The notes: a model not told the origin generated them from the letters alone. 64,000 bases of DNA from Mycobacteriales bacterium (GCA_038256725.1 JBBSKB010000002.1:7469-71468), one strand, 5' to 3'. Positions 36,383 to 46,676 are shown, counted from the first letter of the stretch. Numbers and translations are program-made.

Positions 36383-38050
36383 TCAGCCGGGCACGCGGGA
36401 CAGCAGGATCGCGGCGTCCGTACCGCTGTCGGTGGGAACGGTGCCGATCACCGTGCCGTAGGGCAGCTGCGGTGCGAAGGAGCCGACGACGACGGTCAGC
36501 CGCCAGATCTCCGTCCCGTGCGCGACCCGGTCGCGGCCGAAGAGCTTGGTCCACGACGGGTCCACGCTGACCCGGTGCCCGGCCTGCTCGAGCTGCAGGG
36601 CGATCCCGGTGGCCGTGGGCCACAGGGCGTCCGAGGCGATGTCGAGCAGGACGGGGGGCTGCCCCGCGGCCGGCGCGGGGAGCTCGGCGAGCGCGATCCG
36701 CGCGGCGTCGTCGACGCCGGGCTGGTCGGCCAGGGCGTCGGTGGCACTGGCCAGCACCGTCGTCGTTCCGGCGGCCAGCGCCGTCGCCAGGACGGCGGCG
36801 ACCACGACGGCGCGGGTGCCCGCGCGACGGCGGGGGGCCAGGCGGGCGGCGGCCAGGTCGAGCCAGCCGAACAGCAGCACGGCCGGCAGGACGGTGATCC
36901 AGACGGCCAGGTAGTTCGACATCGCCCCGGTGACGGAGTGGCAGGCCACGAGCCCGGCTCCGCTTCCGGCGAGGAGCACCGCGCCCAGGGCCGCTGACCG
37001 GCGCCGGCCGATCAGCAGTCCGACGACGAGGAGGGCGGCCGCGCCGGCGAGCTGCGCGCCCCCGGTGACGAGCACGCCCCACGACCGGTCGCCGGTGTCG
37101 ATGTCGCCGGCCGCCGCCTGCCAGCCGTGCACCGGCATGCCGAGCATCTGCGCGAAGGCCGAGAAGGCCTGCGGCCAGGTGTAGGTCAGCGCGCCCTCGG
37201 TCTTCTCCGCGGCGAAGTAGGCGGCCAGGGTGCCCAGGTTCCCCTCGCCCGGTGCGGCCGTGAGCTGCTGCACCAGGGGTGGGAGCCAGAGCAGGGCGGC
37301 CGCAGCGACGCCGGCTGCGGCGAGGTACCACTCGCGGCGTCCGCGTTCCGGCAGTTCGCGGCGCCAGGCGGTGAGGGCGGCACCGACGGCGACGGCGAGG
37401 ACCACGAGGCCGACCAGCGGCGCGGTGCCGACGTGCGTCTGCACGAGGTAGCTGCCCACGATGACCGTGCCGGCGGCCGCCGGGAGGTTGCCGAGCGCGG
37501 CCCGGGCGCCGAGTGCCAACAGCAGCGCGGTCGGCAGCAGCAGGGCATAGGGGTTCCAGACCAGGGCGAACACCCGGTCGGGCATCCGCAGCACGTACAG
37601 CAGCAGCAGCCCGGCCGCCAGGGGCTGGGCCCACGGCCGGCTGCGCCCGGCGGCCGCGACGACGAGCGCGGCGAAGAGGCCGTGCAGCGTCAACGAGGCC
37701 ACCACCAGCGCCGCTCCGGTGGAACCGAGCACCGCGAAGACCGGGTGGAGCAGGGAGAACCACGCCGGCCCGGGATGCGCCCAGCCCCAGCGCGAGTAGG
37801 GCCCGATGGCCTGGTCGAGCCGCCCGGCGTCGGTGACGTCCAGGGCGGTGAGGGCGAAGTCGCTGCCCAGGGTCAGCTCGCCGACGACGGCGAAGCGCAC
37901 GGCGGCGATCAGGAAGGGGGCCGCGGCCAGGGCCATCCACAGCCAGCCGAGACGCTGCCGCACGCGGTCCTGGCGGGGCTCGGGGTGGTCGGCCACCGGC
38001 GCTGATGAGATCCCGGTCCCGGGGTCGGCGTCCAGCGATGTCGTGCCCAT
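36383..38050 (-). CDS. Polytopic membrane protein, probable GT-C glycosyltransferase
   Basis: 10 or more TM segments; GSD, GPYSRWGWAHPGP, WNPY loop motifs. Confidence 0.6.
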   Translation of the reverse strand: MGTTSLDADPGTGISSAPVADHPEPRQDRVRQRLGWLWMALAAAPFLIAAVRFAVVGELTLGSDFALTALDVTDAGRLDQAIGPYSRWGWAHPGPAWFSLLHPVFAVLGSTGAALVVASLTLHGLFAALVVAAAGRSRPWAQPLAAGLLLLYVLRMPDRVFALVWNPYALLLPTALLLALGARAALGNLPAAAGTVIVGSYLVQTHVGTAPLVGLVVLAVAVGAALTAWRRELPERGRREWYLAAAGVAAAALLWLPPLVQQLTAAPGEGNLGTLAAYFAAEKTEGALTYTWPQAFSAFAQMLGMPVHGWQAAAGDIDTGDRSWGVLVTGGAQLAGAAALLVVGLLIGRRRSAALGAVLLAGSGAGLVACHSVTGAMSNYLAVWITVLPAVLLFGWLDLAAARLAPRRRAGTRAVVVAAVLATALAAGTTTVLASATDALADQPGVDDAARIALAELPAPAAGQPPVLLDIASDALWPTATGIALQLEQAGHRVSVDPSWTKLFGRDRVAHGTEIWRLTVVVGSFAPQLPYGTVIGTVPTDSGTDAAILLSRVPG

Positions 38051-38145
38051 GGCGATCGCACGCTAGCAACCGAGCCGGCCCGGTACCGGACGCCTGAGCT
38101 GCATGGTGCAGCTGGGGCCGCGGGTGGGACACGTGCAGAGCCGGT

Positions 38146-38228
38146 CACGCCCGCAGCGGCGGATCCTCGCTCAGCCGTCCCGCCAAGGCCTACCCCGCGG
38201 AGCCGGCCCCGACCACGACGACGTACTC
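38146..38228 (-). pseudogene. N-terminal remnant of a GMC oxidoreductase
   Basis: EYVVVVGAGSAG*ALAGRLSEDP; in-frame TAG, no start, no remainder. Confidence 0.7.
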
Positions 38229-38231
38229 CGC

Positions 38232-38269
38232 CCCCTCAGGGCAGAAATGGCCATTTCTGCCCTGAGGGG
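38232..38269. repeat. 38-bp perfect loopless palindrome
   Basis: CCCCTCAGGGCAGAAATGG|CCATTTCTGCCCTGAGGGG. Confidence 0.8.
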
Positions 38270-38275
38270 CGGGGC

Positions 38276-39817
38276 TCACCGGTGGCGGCCGTGCAGCATG
38301 CCGACGACGCGCGCGAGCCGGTCGGTCGTGTTGGCCGGCCGGCGGAAGCTCATGACGTTGACCGGGAGGGCGATCCGCTGCCGGGTGATCGCCTTCGAGC
38401 GGGTGAACTCCTTGAGCCCGTCCTCGCCGTGGATCCGGCCGAAGCCGGAGTCGCCGACGCCGCCGAAGGGCAGCGCCGGCACCGAGGCGAAGGTCAGCAC
38501 CGAGTTGATCGAGGTCATGCCGCTGCGCATCCGGCTGGCGAGGTCCATCGCCCTGGCCCTGGAGCCGGAGAAGATCGAGCCGGCCAGGCCGTAGGTCGTG
38601 TCGTTGGTCAGCCGCAGCGCCTCCTCGGCATCGCGCACCTTGGTGATCGTCAGCGTCGGGCCGAAGGTCTCCTCGCGGATCGCGGCGGACTCCTCCGGCA
38701 CGTCGAGCAGCACCGTCGGCGCGATGTAGCCCTGGCCGGAGAGCGCGGCCTCGCCGGTGATCACGCGGGCACCGGCGGAGGCGGCGTCCTGGACGTGCCG
38801 GTTCACGATGTCGATCTGCGAGGGCATCGTCATCGGGCCGTAGGTGGCCTCGTCGTCCGAACCCGGCCGCAGCTCGCGCACCTGCGTGGTCACCTCGGCG
38901 ACGAACCGGTCGTAGACGGCCTCGGTGACGTAGACCCGCTCGACGCCGATGCAGGTCTGGCCGCCGTTGCTCATCGCACCCCAGACGGCGGCGTCGGCGG
39001 CGGCTCCCACATCGGCGTCGTCGTCGACGATCATCGCGTCCTTGCCGCCGAGCTCCATGAGCACCGGGGTGAGGGTCTCGGCGCACGCGGCCATGACCTT
39101 CTTGCCCGTCGGCGCGGAGCCGGTGAAGGCGATCTTCCCGACGCCGGCCCGGCACAGCGCGTTGCCGGTGTCACCGAAGCCGGTGACGACCTGGACGACG
39201 TCGGCGGCGTCCGGGACGGCGGCCCGCCAGGCGGCGGCGAGCCACGCGCCGATGGCCGGGGTGTACTCCGAGGGCTTGAAGACGACGGCGTTGCCCGCGG
39301 CCAGGGCGTAGGCGATCGAGCCCATGGGCGTGAACACCGGGTAGTTCCACGGGCCGATGACGCCGACGACGCCCAGCGGCTGGTACTCCAGGTACGCGGC
39401 GTGGTTGGCCGCCAGCATCCCGGACCGCACCCGCCGCTGCCCGAGCGCCTTGCGGGCGTGCCCGGCGGCGCAGGCGAGGTGGTCGATGGCCAGGCTGATC
39501 TCGAGGATCGCGTCGGCGTGCGGCTTGCCGTTCTCGCGGTGCACCAGGTCGGCGAGCTCGTGCAGCCGGCGGGCCACGTATCCGCGGAAGGCGTTCAGCC
39601 GCTGCTTGCGCCCGTCGAAACCGAGGCCCGCCCAGAGCTCGGCGGCGGCGCGGGCCTGCGCCACGGTCTCGGTGACGGCGTCCTCGTCGTGGATCGGGAA
39701 GACCCCGACGACCGCGCCCGTGGCCGGGTCGGTGGACTCGAACGTGGCGTTCCCGGCAGACGAGCCGGCGACCCCGGCGTTCGTGGCGGGCAGAGCCAAC
39801 TCTTCGGCGAGCGACAT
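38276..39817 (-). CDS. Aldehyde dehydrogenase
   Basis: PWNYP, FTGS, ELGGKD, GQTC, EETFGP, PFGG. Confidence 0.95.
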   Translation of the reverse strand: MSLAEELALPATNAGVAGSSAGNATFESTDPATGAVVGVFPIHDEDAVTETVAQARAAAELWAGLGFDGRKQRLNAFRGYVARRLHELADLVHRENGKPHADAILEISLAIDHLACAAGHARKALGQRRVRSGMLAANHAAYLEYQPLGVVGVIGPWNYPVFTPMGSIAYALAAGNAVVFKPSEYTPAIGAWLAAAWRAAVPDAADVVQVVTGFGDTGNALCRAGVGKIAFTGSAPTGKKVMAACAETLTPVLMELGGKDAMIVDDDADVGAAADAAVWGAMSNGGQTCIGVERVYVTEAVYDRFVAEVTTQVRELRPGSDDEATYGPMTMPSQIDIVNRHVQDAASAGARVITGEAALSGQGYIAPTVLLDVPEESAAIREETFGPTLTITKVRDAEEALRLTNDTTYGLAGSIFSGSRARAMDLASRMRSGMTSINSVLTFASVPALPFGGVGDSGFGRIHGEDGLKEFTRSKAITRQRIALPVNVMSFRRPANTTDRLARVVGMLHGRHR

Positions 39818-39862
39818 GCCACGCAGGTTACCGACGGGTCCGCCCCGCGGCCCGGTCGAGCG

Positions 39863-40300
39863 TCAGACCGCAGCGACGACGGCCCACGCCGTCTTCTGCC
39901 CACGGCCCACGGTGGCCCAGCCGTGTCGCACCGAGAGATCGGCGACGAGGTAGAGGCCGAAGCCGCCCTTGCCGGGGTCGCGGCCCTGGGCCGGGGTCGG
40001 CGGGATGTCGGGGGAGGCGTCGCTCACCGCGACCAGCCACTCGTCGCCCGCCTGGCTGATCGCGGCGGCGACCGGGGCGCCCCCGTGCCGGAGGGCGTTG
40101 GAGGCCAGCTCGTCGGCGATCAGCACCAGCCGCTCGGACCAGTGGTCCTGCTCCGGGCGCTCGACCGTGGCACTGCCGGTCATCGTGGCCCGCAGCCGCG
40201 ACCGGAGTCGGGCCAGCTGGTCGAGGGAGCTCAGCTCCTGGCACCACAGCTCGGTGAAGCCGTGCGGAAGGCGCGCGAACTCCCAGAGGGCCACCGGCAC
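39863..40300 (-). CDS. RsbW-like anti-sigma/ATP-binding protein
   Basis: DELASNALRHG, VSD, GGFGLYLV; start approximate. Confidence 0.85.
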   Translation of the reverse strand: MPVALWEFARLPHGFTELWCQELSSLDQLARLRSRLRATMTGSATVERPEQDHWSERLVLIADELASNALRHGGAPVAAAISQAGDEWLVAVSDASPDIPPTPAQGRDPGKGGFGLYLVADLSVRHGWATVGRGQKTAWAVVAAV

Positions 40301-40380
40301 CGCCTTCCGAGTTCGTCTGCGACCGGCACACCGGCCGTTGCAGCCACCCTGCCCCGTCTCCGTGATCATCAGTCCCGGAC

Positions 40381-40404
40381 TCACCCGGAGGAGTCCCGGT
40401 AAAC
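40381..40404 (-). promoter_or_regulatory. SigB/SigF-type promoter
   Basis: Minus strand GTTT-N14-GGGTGA upstream of the RsbW-like gene. Confidence 0.5.
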
Positions 40405-40627
40405 CCTAGGGGCCGACCCTGATGTCGGAACCAGGAGGAGGGAGTCCTCTCACTGACCCCAGCGCGGGATGGCGGTCGCTCCCGCCGCGTGCCCGTGCGT
40501 CGACGGCCGGAACCCGGCGCGGGCGAGGAGAGGGCGCGAGGGCCCGGAGCTCAGGAGGAGGTGCGCAGCCGCACGGAGTAGCGCACGGCCCGGACCCTGC
40601 GAACGGGTCGCGGCGCCGTCGAACGAT

Positions 40628-40969
40628 CTACCGGTCGCCGTCCGCGGGGCCGGCAGAGCCGGCCTGCTGGGCCTGCTGGGCCTGGTGCGTCTCCCAGCGG
40701 CGACGGTCCCTCTCGCGGGCGCCGGCGTTCTGCTCCCACTTCGCCTTGCGGCGGCGGGCCCGCTCCTGCTCCCGCTCCTCGAAGGTGGAGTGCTGGTCCC
40801 AGCCGCGGGCGGCGAGCACCATGCCGAGCACGGTCAGGAGCGCGACGGCCACGGCGACGGCGATCACGACGTCGAGCACCAGGAAGGCGAGCGCGGACAG
40901 GGCGAGCGCCACGACCGCCCCGAGGACCGGGCCGGTGCTCGAGCGTCCGCGCCCAGGCTCTGTCGTCAC
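40628..40969 (-). CDS. Small membrane protein
   Basis: Two TM segments, then WDQHSTFEERE and a charged tail. Confidence 0.7.
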   Translation of the reverse strand: MTTEPGRGRSSTGPVLGAVVALALSALAFLVLDVVIAVAVAVALLTVLGMVLAARGWDQHSTFEEREQERARRRKAKWEQNAGARERDRRRWETHQAQQAQQAGSAGPADGDR

Positions 40970-41164
40970 ACCTCCAGTATCCGCGCCGCCGCCCCGGCCG
41001 TCCGCGGGGCCTTGCCACCGGGAGTTCCGGGCTCGTACCGTGGGGTCGGCGGTTCAACAGCAAGCCGTTTCCCCTCGCGGTACGGATCTGTCGCGTCGCT
41101 CGCTCCGGGCACGATCGGTCGACTCCTCCTGGGCTCCCAGGCACCATCCGCCGAGAGGCTCCCC

Positions 41165-41545
41165 ATGGCCGCATCCTTCGCCGACCCGTCGGCCACCGAC
41201 CTGGTCCGCATCGACGTCGTCGCGCACGGCTCCGCCGTGCAGCTGACGGCTGCCGGTGAGATCGACTCCTCCTCCGCACCCGCGCTGGAGCGCCGCATCG
41301 AGGCGGCGCTGGCCGGTGAGCTGGAGCGGCTGACCATCGATCTCCGCGACGTGAGTTTCCTCGACTCCGCCGGGCTCTGCGTCCTCGCCGCGGCGCACCG
41401 GCGCACCGGCGAGCAGCAGATCGAGCTGCGCGTGCTGGCCTCCTCGAGGGCCGTCATCCGGCCGCTGCAGATCACCGGGCTGTGGCAGCTGCTGGGCGCC
41501 GAGCAGGTCGACGCCGCCTCGGACGACGAACAGGGCGTCGCCTGA
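41165..41545 (+). CDS. STAS-domain anti-sigma factor antagonist
   Basis: AGEID, DLRDVSFLDSAGL, ITGL. Confidence 0.9.
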   Translation: MAASFADPSATDLVRIDVVAHGSAVQLTAAGEIDSSSAPALERRIEAALAGELERLTIDLRDVSFLDSAGLCVLAAAHRRTGEQQIELRVLASSRAVIRPLQITGLWQLLGAEQVDAASDDEQGVA

Positions 41546-41652
41546 CCGGAGGAGGGCGCGTGCGCGCGGCCGTGTGCCGCGGGGCACACTCCTAGGACGT
41601 GCGCCGGCCGCTCCAGGGGCCGTGGACGCGGACCTACCCCAGGAGGAACCCC

Positions 41653-42867
41653 GTGCGAGAAGCGGTCATCTGCGAGCCCCTGCGGACCCCGGTCGGCGGC
41701 TTCGGCGGCTCGCTGCGCGACGTCCCCGTGCAGGAGCTCGCGGCCACGGTCATCCGTGCGCTGATCGAGCGCACCGGCATCCCTCCGGAGTCCGTCGAGG
41801 ACGTCCTGCTGGGCAACTGCTACCCGACGATGGACGCCCCGGCCATCGGCCGCGTGGCCGGGCTGAACGCCGGCCTGCCGGTCACCGCCTCCGGGATCCA
41901 GATCGACCGGCGCTGCGGCTCGGGGCTGCAGGCCGTGGTCAACGCCGCCATGCAGGTCCAGTCGGGCGCCTCCGACCTGGTCCTCGCCGGCGGTGCCGAG
42001 TCGATGAGCAACGCGCCGTTCTACTCGACTGCCATGCGCTGGGGTGTCCGCGCCGGCACCGGCGTGCTGCTCGAGGACGGACTGGTGCGCGGTCGGGTCA
42101 CCGCCGGCGGCACCAACCACCCGGTGCCCGGCGGCATGATCGAGACCGCGGAGAACCTCCGCCGCGAGTACGAGATCGGCCGCGCGGAGCAGGACGAGTA
42201 CGCGGTGCGCAGCCACCAGCGCGCCGCCGCCGCCGTCGAGGCCGGCCGGTTCGCCGACGAGATCGTCCCGGTCACGGTGAAGGGCCGCAAGGGCGACACC
42301 GTCGTCGACCGCGACGAGCACATCCGCCCCGACGCGAACGTCGACACCCTCGCCCGGCTGCGCCCGATCATGGGCAAGCAGGACGACGAGGCGACCGTCA
42401 CCGCCGGCAACGCCAGCGGCCAGAACGACGGCGCCGCACTCTGCATCGTGACCACGCCCGAGAAGGCGGCCGAGCTCGGGCTGCGCCCGCTGGCGAAGCT
42501 GGTCTCGTGGAGCGTGGCCGGCGTCCCGCCGCGGACCATGGGCATCGGCCCGGTCCCGGCGACGGCGAAGGCGCTCGCGATCGCCGGCCTGGTGCTCGCC
42601 CAGATCGACCTGATCGAGCTCAACGAGGCGTTCGCCAGCCAGGTGCTCGCCGTCGCCCGCGAGTGGGAGTTCACCGAGAAGGACTGGGAGCGCACGAACG
42701 TCAACGGCTCCGGTATCTCGCTGGGCCACCCGGTCGGCGCCACCGGTGGCCGCATCCTCGCCACGCTGCTGCGCGAGATGGATCGCCGCGAAGCCCGCTA
42801 CGGCCTGGAGACGATGTGCATCGGCGGCGGGCAGGGCCTGGCCGCGGTGTTCGAGCGCGTCGCCTGA
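41653..42867 (+). CDS. Acetyl-CoA acetyltransferase (thiolase)
   Basis: RRCGSG, NEAFA, GHPVGATG, CIGGGQG; AGGAGG RBS. Confidence 0.95.
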   Translation: MREAVICEPLRTPVGGFGGSLRDVPVQELAATVIRALIERTGIPPESVEDVLLGNCYPTMDAPAIGRVAGLNAGLPVTASGIQIDRRCGSGLQAVVNAAMQVQSGASDLVLAGGAESMSNAPFYSTAMRWGVRAGTGVLLEDGLVRGRVTAGGTNHPVPGGMIETAENLRREYEIGRAEQDEYAVRSHQRAAAAVEAGRFADEIVPVTVKGRKGDTVVDRDEHIRPDANVDTLARLRPIMGKQDDEATVTAGNASGQNDGAALCIVTTPEKAAELGLRPLAKLVSWSVAGVPPRTMGIGPVPATAKALAIAGLVLAQIDLIELNEAFASQVLAVAREWEFTEKDWERTNVNGSGISLGHPVGATGGRILATLLREMDRREARYGLETMCIGGGQGLAAVFERVA

Positions 42868-42914
42868 ACGACCCGCACCACGATCCCCACCCTCAGACCG
42901 AACAGGAGCACGCC

Positions 42915-43664
42915 ATGAGCAAGGTCGCCATCGTCACCGGCGCAGCGCGCGGCATCGGGGCGGCCACCGCCCAGCGGCTGGCGCAGGACGGCTTCGCCGT
43001 CGCGGTGCTGGATCTACGGGCCGACGACTGCGCGGACACCGTCGCCGCGATCGAGTCCGCCGGTGGCCGCGCGCTGGCCGTCGGCGCCGACGTCAGCGAC
43101 GCGGAGCAGGTGCAGGCCGCGGTGGACCGGATCGCCGCCGAGCTCGGCCCGCCGGTCGTGCTGGTCAACAACGCCGGGGTCACCCGCGACAACCTGCTGT
43201 TCAAGATGAGCGACACCGACTGGGACCTCGTCATGGACGTGCACCTGCGCGGCTCGTTCCTGATGACCCGGGCCGCCCAGAAGCACATGATCGAGGCCGG
43301 GTGGGGCCGGATCGTGAACCTGTCGAGCACCTCGGCGCTGGGGAACCGCGGCCAGGCGAACTACTCCACGGCCAAGGCCGGCCTGCAGGGCTTCACCAAG
43401 ACCCTCGCGATCGAGCTCGGCAAGTTCGGCGTCACCGCCAACGCCATCGCGCCGGGCTTCATCCAGACGGAGATGACCAAGGCGACCGCCGAGCGCATCG
43501 GCGAGGAGTGGGAGGGCTACGTGGCCAAGCGGGCCGCGGCGATCCCGGTCGCACGCGCCGGCGTCCCCGAGGACATCGCGCACACCGTCTCGTTCTTCGT
43601 CAGCGAGGGGGCCGGGTTCATCAGCGGCCAGGTCATCTACGCCGCCGGTGGCCCCCGGGCCTGA
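42915..43664 (+). CDS. fabG: 3-oxoacyl-ACP reductase-like SDR
   Basis: TGAARGIG, NNAG, YSTAK. Confidence 0.88.
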   Translation: MSKVAIVTGAARGIGAATAQRLAQDGFAVAVLDLRADDCADTVAAIESAGGRALAVGADVSDAEQVQAAVDRIAAELGPPVVLVNNAGVTRDNLLFKMSDTDWDLVMDVHLRGSFLMTRAAQKHMIEAGWGRIVNLSSTSALGNRGQANYSTAKAGLQGFTKTLAIELGKFGVTANAIAPGFIQTEMTKATAERIGEEWEGYVAKRAAAIPVARAGVPEDIAHTVSFFVSEGAGFISGQVIYAAGGPRA

Positions 43665-43667
43665 CCG

Positions 43668-45035
43668 TCAGGGGCGGGGCCATTCCCCGACGAGGGCACG
43701 ATCCACGGCCTCGCCCCGACGTCGGACGTCGTCGGCCGTCCACCCCGTGGGCGGCTGCGCCTCGTACTGCGCGCCCAGCAGGTCCCGCTCCCGGCGGACA
43801 GCTGCCTGCTGGACGGGGGAGCTGGTCTTCCATGCGGCCTCGCTCAACAGGGCGAACAACCGTTCCGCGACGGCCGGGTCCTCCCCGCTGTTCGATCGCG
43901 GTTGCGTGATCGTCTGCGCGAGGAGGGTCGGGTAGTCCCAGGACGGTGCGAGCAGGCGGAGCGTGCCGTCGCTGTCGGCGAGCCGCCGATGCCACGTGGT
44001 GCGCTCCGCCGCGAGTCCCAGCACGTCGGAGGCGTGCGAGAGCGCGTGGACGGCGGTCGTCGGGTCGTTGATGCCGGGGGACAGCGCCCGGACGGCGATG
44101 TCGACCAGCTTGCGCAGCCCGTAGCTGGGGTCGCCGCGGTCTGCCCGCTCGTAACCGAGGACGATGTTGTCGGCGAGCGCGTCCTCCAGCGGCTCCGTCA
44201 GCGGCTCGGCGGCGGAGCCGTCGCTCCACGCCCAGGCGACCGGGACGCCGGCGAGCACGGACTCGCCCGGACGGGGGATCAACCGAAGCACGGCGCCCGC
44301 GTCCTGCGCCGCGGCGACGAGCGGACCCTCGATGACCTGCACCAGGAAACCGCTGTGCCGGGCGCACACCGGCCGGGCGTGCGGGGGGACCGGTGGCAGG
44401 TCGGCGTCGGGCTGCTCGTCGGCCTCCTGCGCGGTGGTCAGCTGGCGCAGCGTGGCGGTGGCCTCCACGTGGACGTCGCGCAGCATGGTCTCCACCCGCA
44501 GCTGCCGGCTCTGGTGGCTGAGGAAGGCGACCAGTGCTCCGACCGAGAGCAGCGTCAGGAGCAGGGCGACGGTCACCGAGAGCCGGGGGACGAACTCTCC
44601 CGAGCCGGACTCGTCGGCCGACCGCACCGTGCGCAGGACCACGAGCGCGAAGACGAAGGTGCCGAGCAGGATGCCGAGGCAGCTCTGCACGACCCGGTCG
44701 CGCACGAAGGTCTGGAGCAGTCGCGGTGAGTACTGGCTGCTAGCCAGCTGCAGAGTGACGATCGTGAGCGAGAACAGCAGGGTGGTGACCGAGATGAGCG
44801 ACGACGCGATCGCCGACAGCACCGTGCGCGCCGCCGACGGGCCTCCGCCGAACACGTAGGCGAGGGGTTCCTCCGTGCCTTCCTGCAGCCAGCCGTCGAC
44901 CTCCGGGAGCAGGAAGGCCAGACCGACGGCGGCCAGGACGCCCAGTGCGGGCAGCGGCCACAGCGCCCCGCTGACGACCCGGCGAAGGGTGCTCAGGCGG
45001 CCACCGCGCGGGTTCGATGCACCGGACCTGCTCAT
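43668..45035 (-). CDS. DUF2254 membrane protein
   Basis: LQLASSQYSPRLL, DIAVRALSPGINDPTTA. Confidence 0.88.
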   Translation of the reverse strand: MSRSGASNPRGGRLSTLRRVVSGALWPLPALGVLAAVGLAFLLPEVDGWLQEGTEEPLAYVFGGGPSAARTVLSAIASSLISVTTLLFSLTIVTLQLASSQYSPRLLQTFVRDRVVQSCLGILLGTFVFALVVLRTVRSADESGSGEFVPRLSVTVALLLTLLSVGALVAFLSHQSRQLRVETMLRDVHVEATATLRQLTTAQEADEQPDADLPPVPPHARPVCARHSGFLVQVIEGPLVAAAQDAGAVLRLIPRPGESVLAGVPVAWAWSDGSAAEPLTEPLEDALADNIVLGYERADRGDPSYGLRKLVDIAVRALSPGINDPTTAVHALSHASDVLGLAAERTTWHRRLADSDGTLRLLAPSWDYPTLLAQTITQPRSNSGEDPAVAERLFALLSEAAWKTSSPVQQAAVRRERDLLGAQYEAQPPTGWTADDVRRRGEAVDRALVGEWPRP

Positions 45036-45063
45036 GACGACGGCTCCCGGTCCCCGGCCTGGC

Positions 45064-45900
45064 TCATGTCCGCTCCGGGTACCGCGCGCGGACGAGCAGG
45101 TACGCGCCGAACGCGGCGATGCCGAGCGCCACCAGGGTCAGCAGGAACTGGCCGAAGGGCGCCTCCAGGATGGTCCGCAGCGCGCCGTCGAGGCCACTGG
45201 CCTTCTCCGCGTCGAAGGTGACCGCCGACCACACGAGCAGGCCGCCGACCACCCCGAGGGCGATGCCCTTGCCGGGGTAGCCGACCTGCCCCAGCCGCGT
45301 CACCAGCCGGGTGGCCGACGACGGCGCCGCGGCGAGGTCGATCTCCTTGAGGAAGTGCTTCGTGACGCCCTTGTAGACGTGGTAGATCCCGACGCCGATC
45401 AGCACCAGCCCGGCGGCACCGACCAGCCAGCGGCCCGCCGGCCAGCCGAAGACCCCGGCCGCGGTGTCCTGCTGCTGCTGCGAGCTCGACGAGCCGCCCC
45501 CCGTCGCGAAGCGGATCGCCAGCACGGCCAGCGCGGCGTAGACCACCGCCTTGGCCACGGCCTTCACCGATTTCCGGACGGCCTTGGTGCGCTGCTCGCC
45601 GGACGCAGACCAACCCGAGCGCCACCGGAGCACCTCGAGCGCCTGCCAGACGGCCAGCGCGATCAACCCGATCGCGACGATCCACAGCAACGGCTTGCCG
45701 AGCGGGGACTCGGCCAGGGTCTGCAGCGCTCCGGACTGGTCGGCCGACTCGCTCGACGTCCCCCAGGCGACCTGGAGGGCCAGCCAGGCCACCAGCAGGT
45801 GCACGACGCCGTAGGCGAGGAGACCGACGCGTGCCAGGTTCTCGAGTCCGTCTCCGTCGGCGGCACGCAGGGTGCCACCGGTCGAACGTGAGCCGCTCAT
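45064..45900 (-). CDS. DUF1206 membrane protein
   Basis: ARVGLLAYGVVH, GLDGALRTI...PFG. Confidence 0.88.
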   Translation of the reverse strand: MSGSRSTGGTLRAADGDGLENLARVGLLAYGVVHLLVAWLALQVAWGTSSESADQSGALQTLAESPLGKPLLWIVAIGLIALAVWQALEVLRWRSGWSASGEQRTKAVRKSVKAVAKAVVYAALAVLAIRFATGGGSSSSQQQQDTAAGVFGWPAGRWLVGAAGLVLIGVGIYHVYKGVTKHFLKEIDLAAAPSSATRLVTRLGQVGYPGKGIALGVVGGLLVWSAVTFDAEKASGLDGALRTILEAPFGQFLLTLVALGIAAFGAYLLVRARYPERT

Positions 45901-46001
45901 GCAGGACTCCAGGGGGTGAGGAGAAGATCAACGCCTCAGCCTGGCACGCGGACGTCCCCGGTGCCTGCCGTCGTCCCCCGTCGGTGAGGGACACTGGCTC
46001 C

Positions 46002-46649
46002 GTGGCGAACGCTGGAACCGTCCTGACCGCTCAGCCGACCCCCGAGGTCGCCCGGCGCGCGTGGCCGCAGTGGCTCGCGCTGGGGAGTGCGATGCTCGTC
46101 GTCGCCGTGGCGGCGATCCTCTGGTCCGACGGCGGCGCCCGCCTCCTCCTCGGTGCCCTCGGACTGTTCCTCGCCGTGCGCGGCGCGGTGCTCCTCCGCA
46201 ACGCGCCGAGCCTGGCCGGCGAGCTGGCCGGCCGCGCCCGCACGCTCGGCTCCGGTGCCGTCGGTGCCGGCGTCGTCGCGCTGGTCGTGGCCCTGCTCCC
46301 CGGTGGAGCTGCGGCCCGCGTGCTGCTGGTCGGCGTGCCGGTCGTCCTGCTGGCGGGCGCGCTGGCGCTGCTGAGCCGCACCGGCCCCGCCCGGCGCGGC
46401 GGCTCGGTGGTGCTCGGGGCCGGCGTGCTCGTCACCGGCCTGCTGGTGGCCCGCGGGCTCGACCAGGGCTGGGCCGCCGCCGGCGACGCCGCCACCGTCG
46501 TCGCCGCGGTGCTGGTCGCCCTGCTGGCGGTGCCGGTGCTGGTCAGCGCAGTCAACCTGCGCACGGTCGCCGCCCAGCCCGCTGCGCCCGCCCCGGCCGG
46601 CGGCGGCTGCGGCGGCTGCGCCTGCGGAGCCGGTGGCTGCGGCTCCTGA
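46002..46649 (+). CDS. Membrane protein with Cys/Gly-rich C-terminal tail
   Basis: About 6 TM segments; ends GGGCGGCACGAGGCGS. Confidence 0.7.
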   Translation: MANAGTVLTAQPTPEVARRAWPQWLALGSAMLVVAVAAILWSDGGARLLLGALGLFLAVRGAVLLRNAPSLAGELAGRARTLGSGAVGAGVVALVVALLPGGAAARVLLVGVPVVLLAGALALLSRTGPARRGGSVVLGAGVLVTGLLVARGLDQGWAAAGDAATVVAAVLVALLAVPVLVSAVNLRTVAAQPAAPAPAGGGCGGCACGAGGCGS

Positions 46650-46676
46650 CCTCCCCGCCCCGGATCCGGCCGGCGC

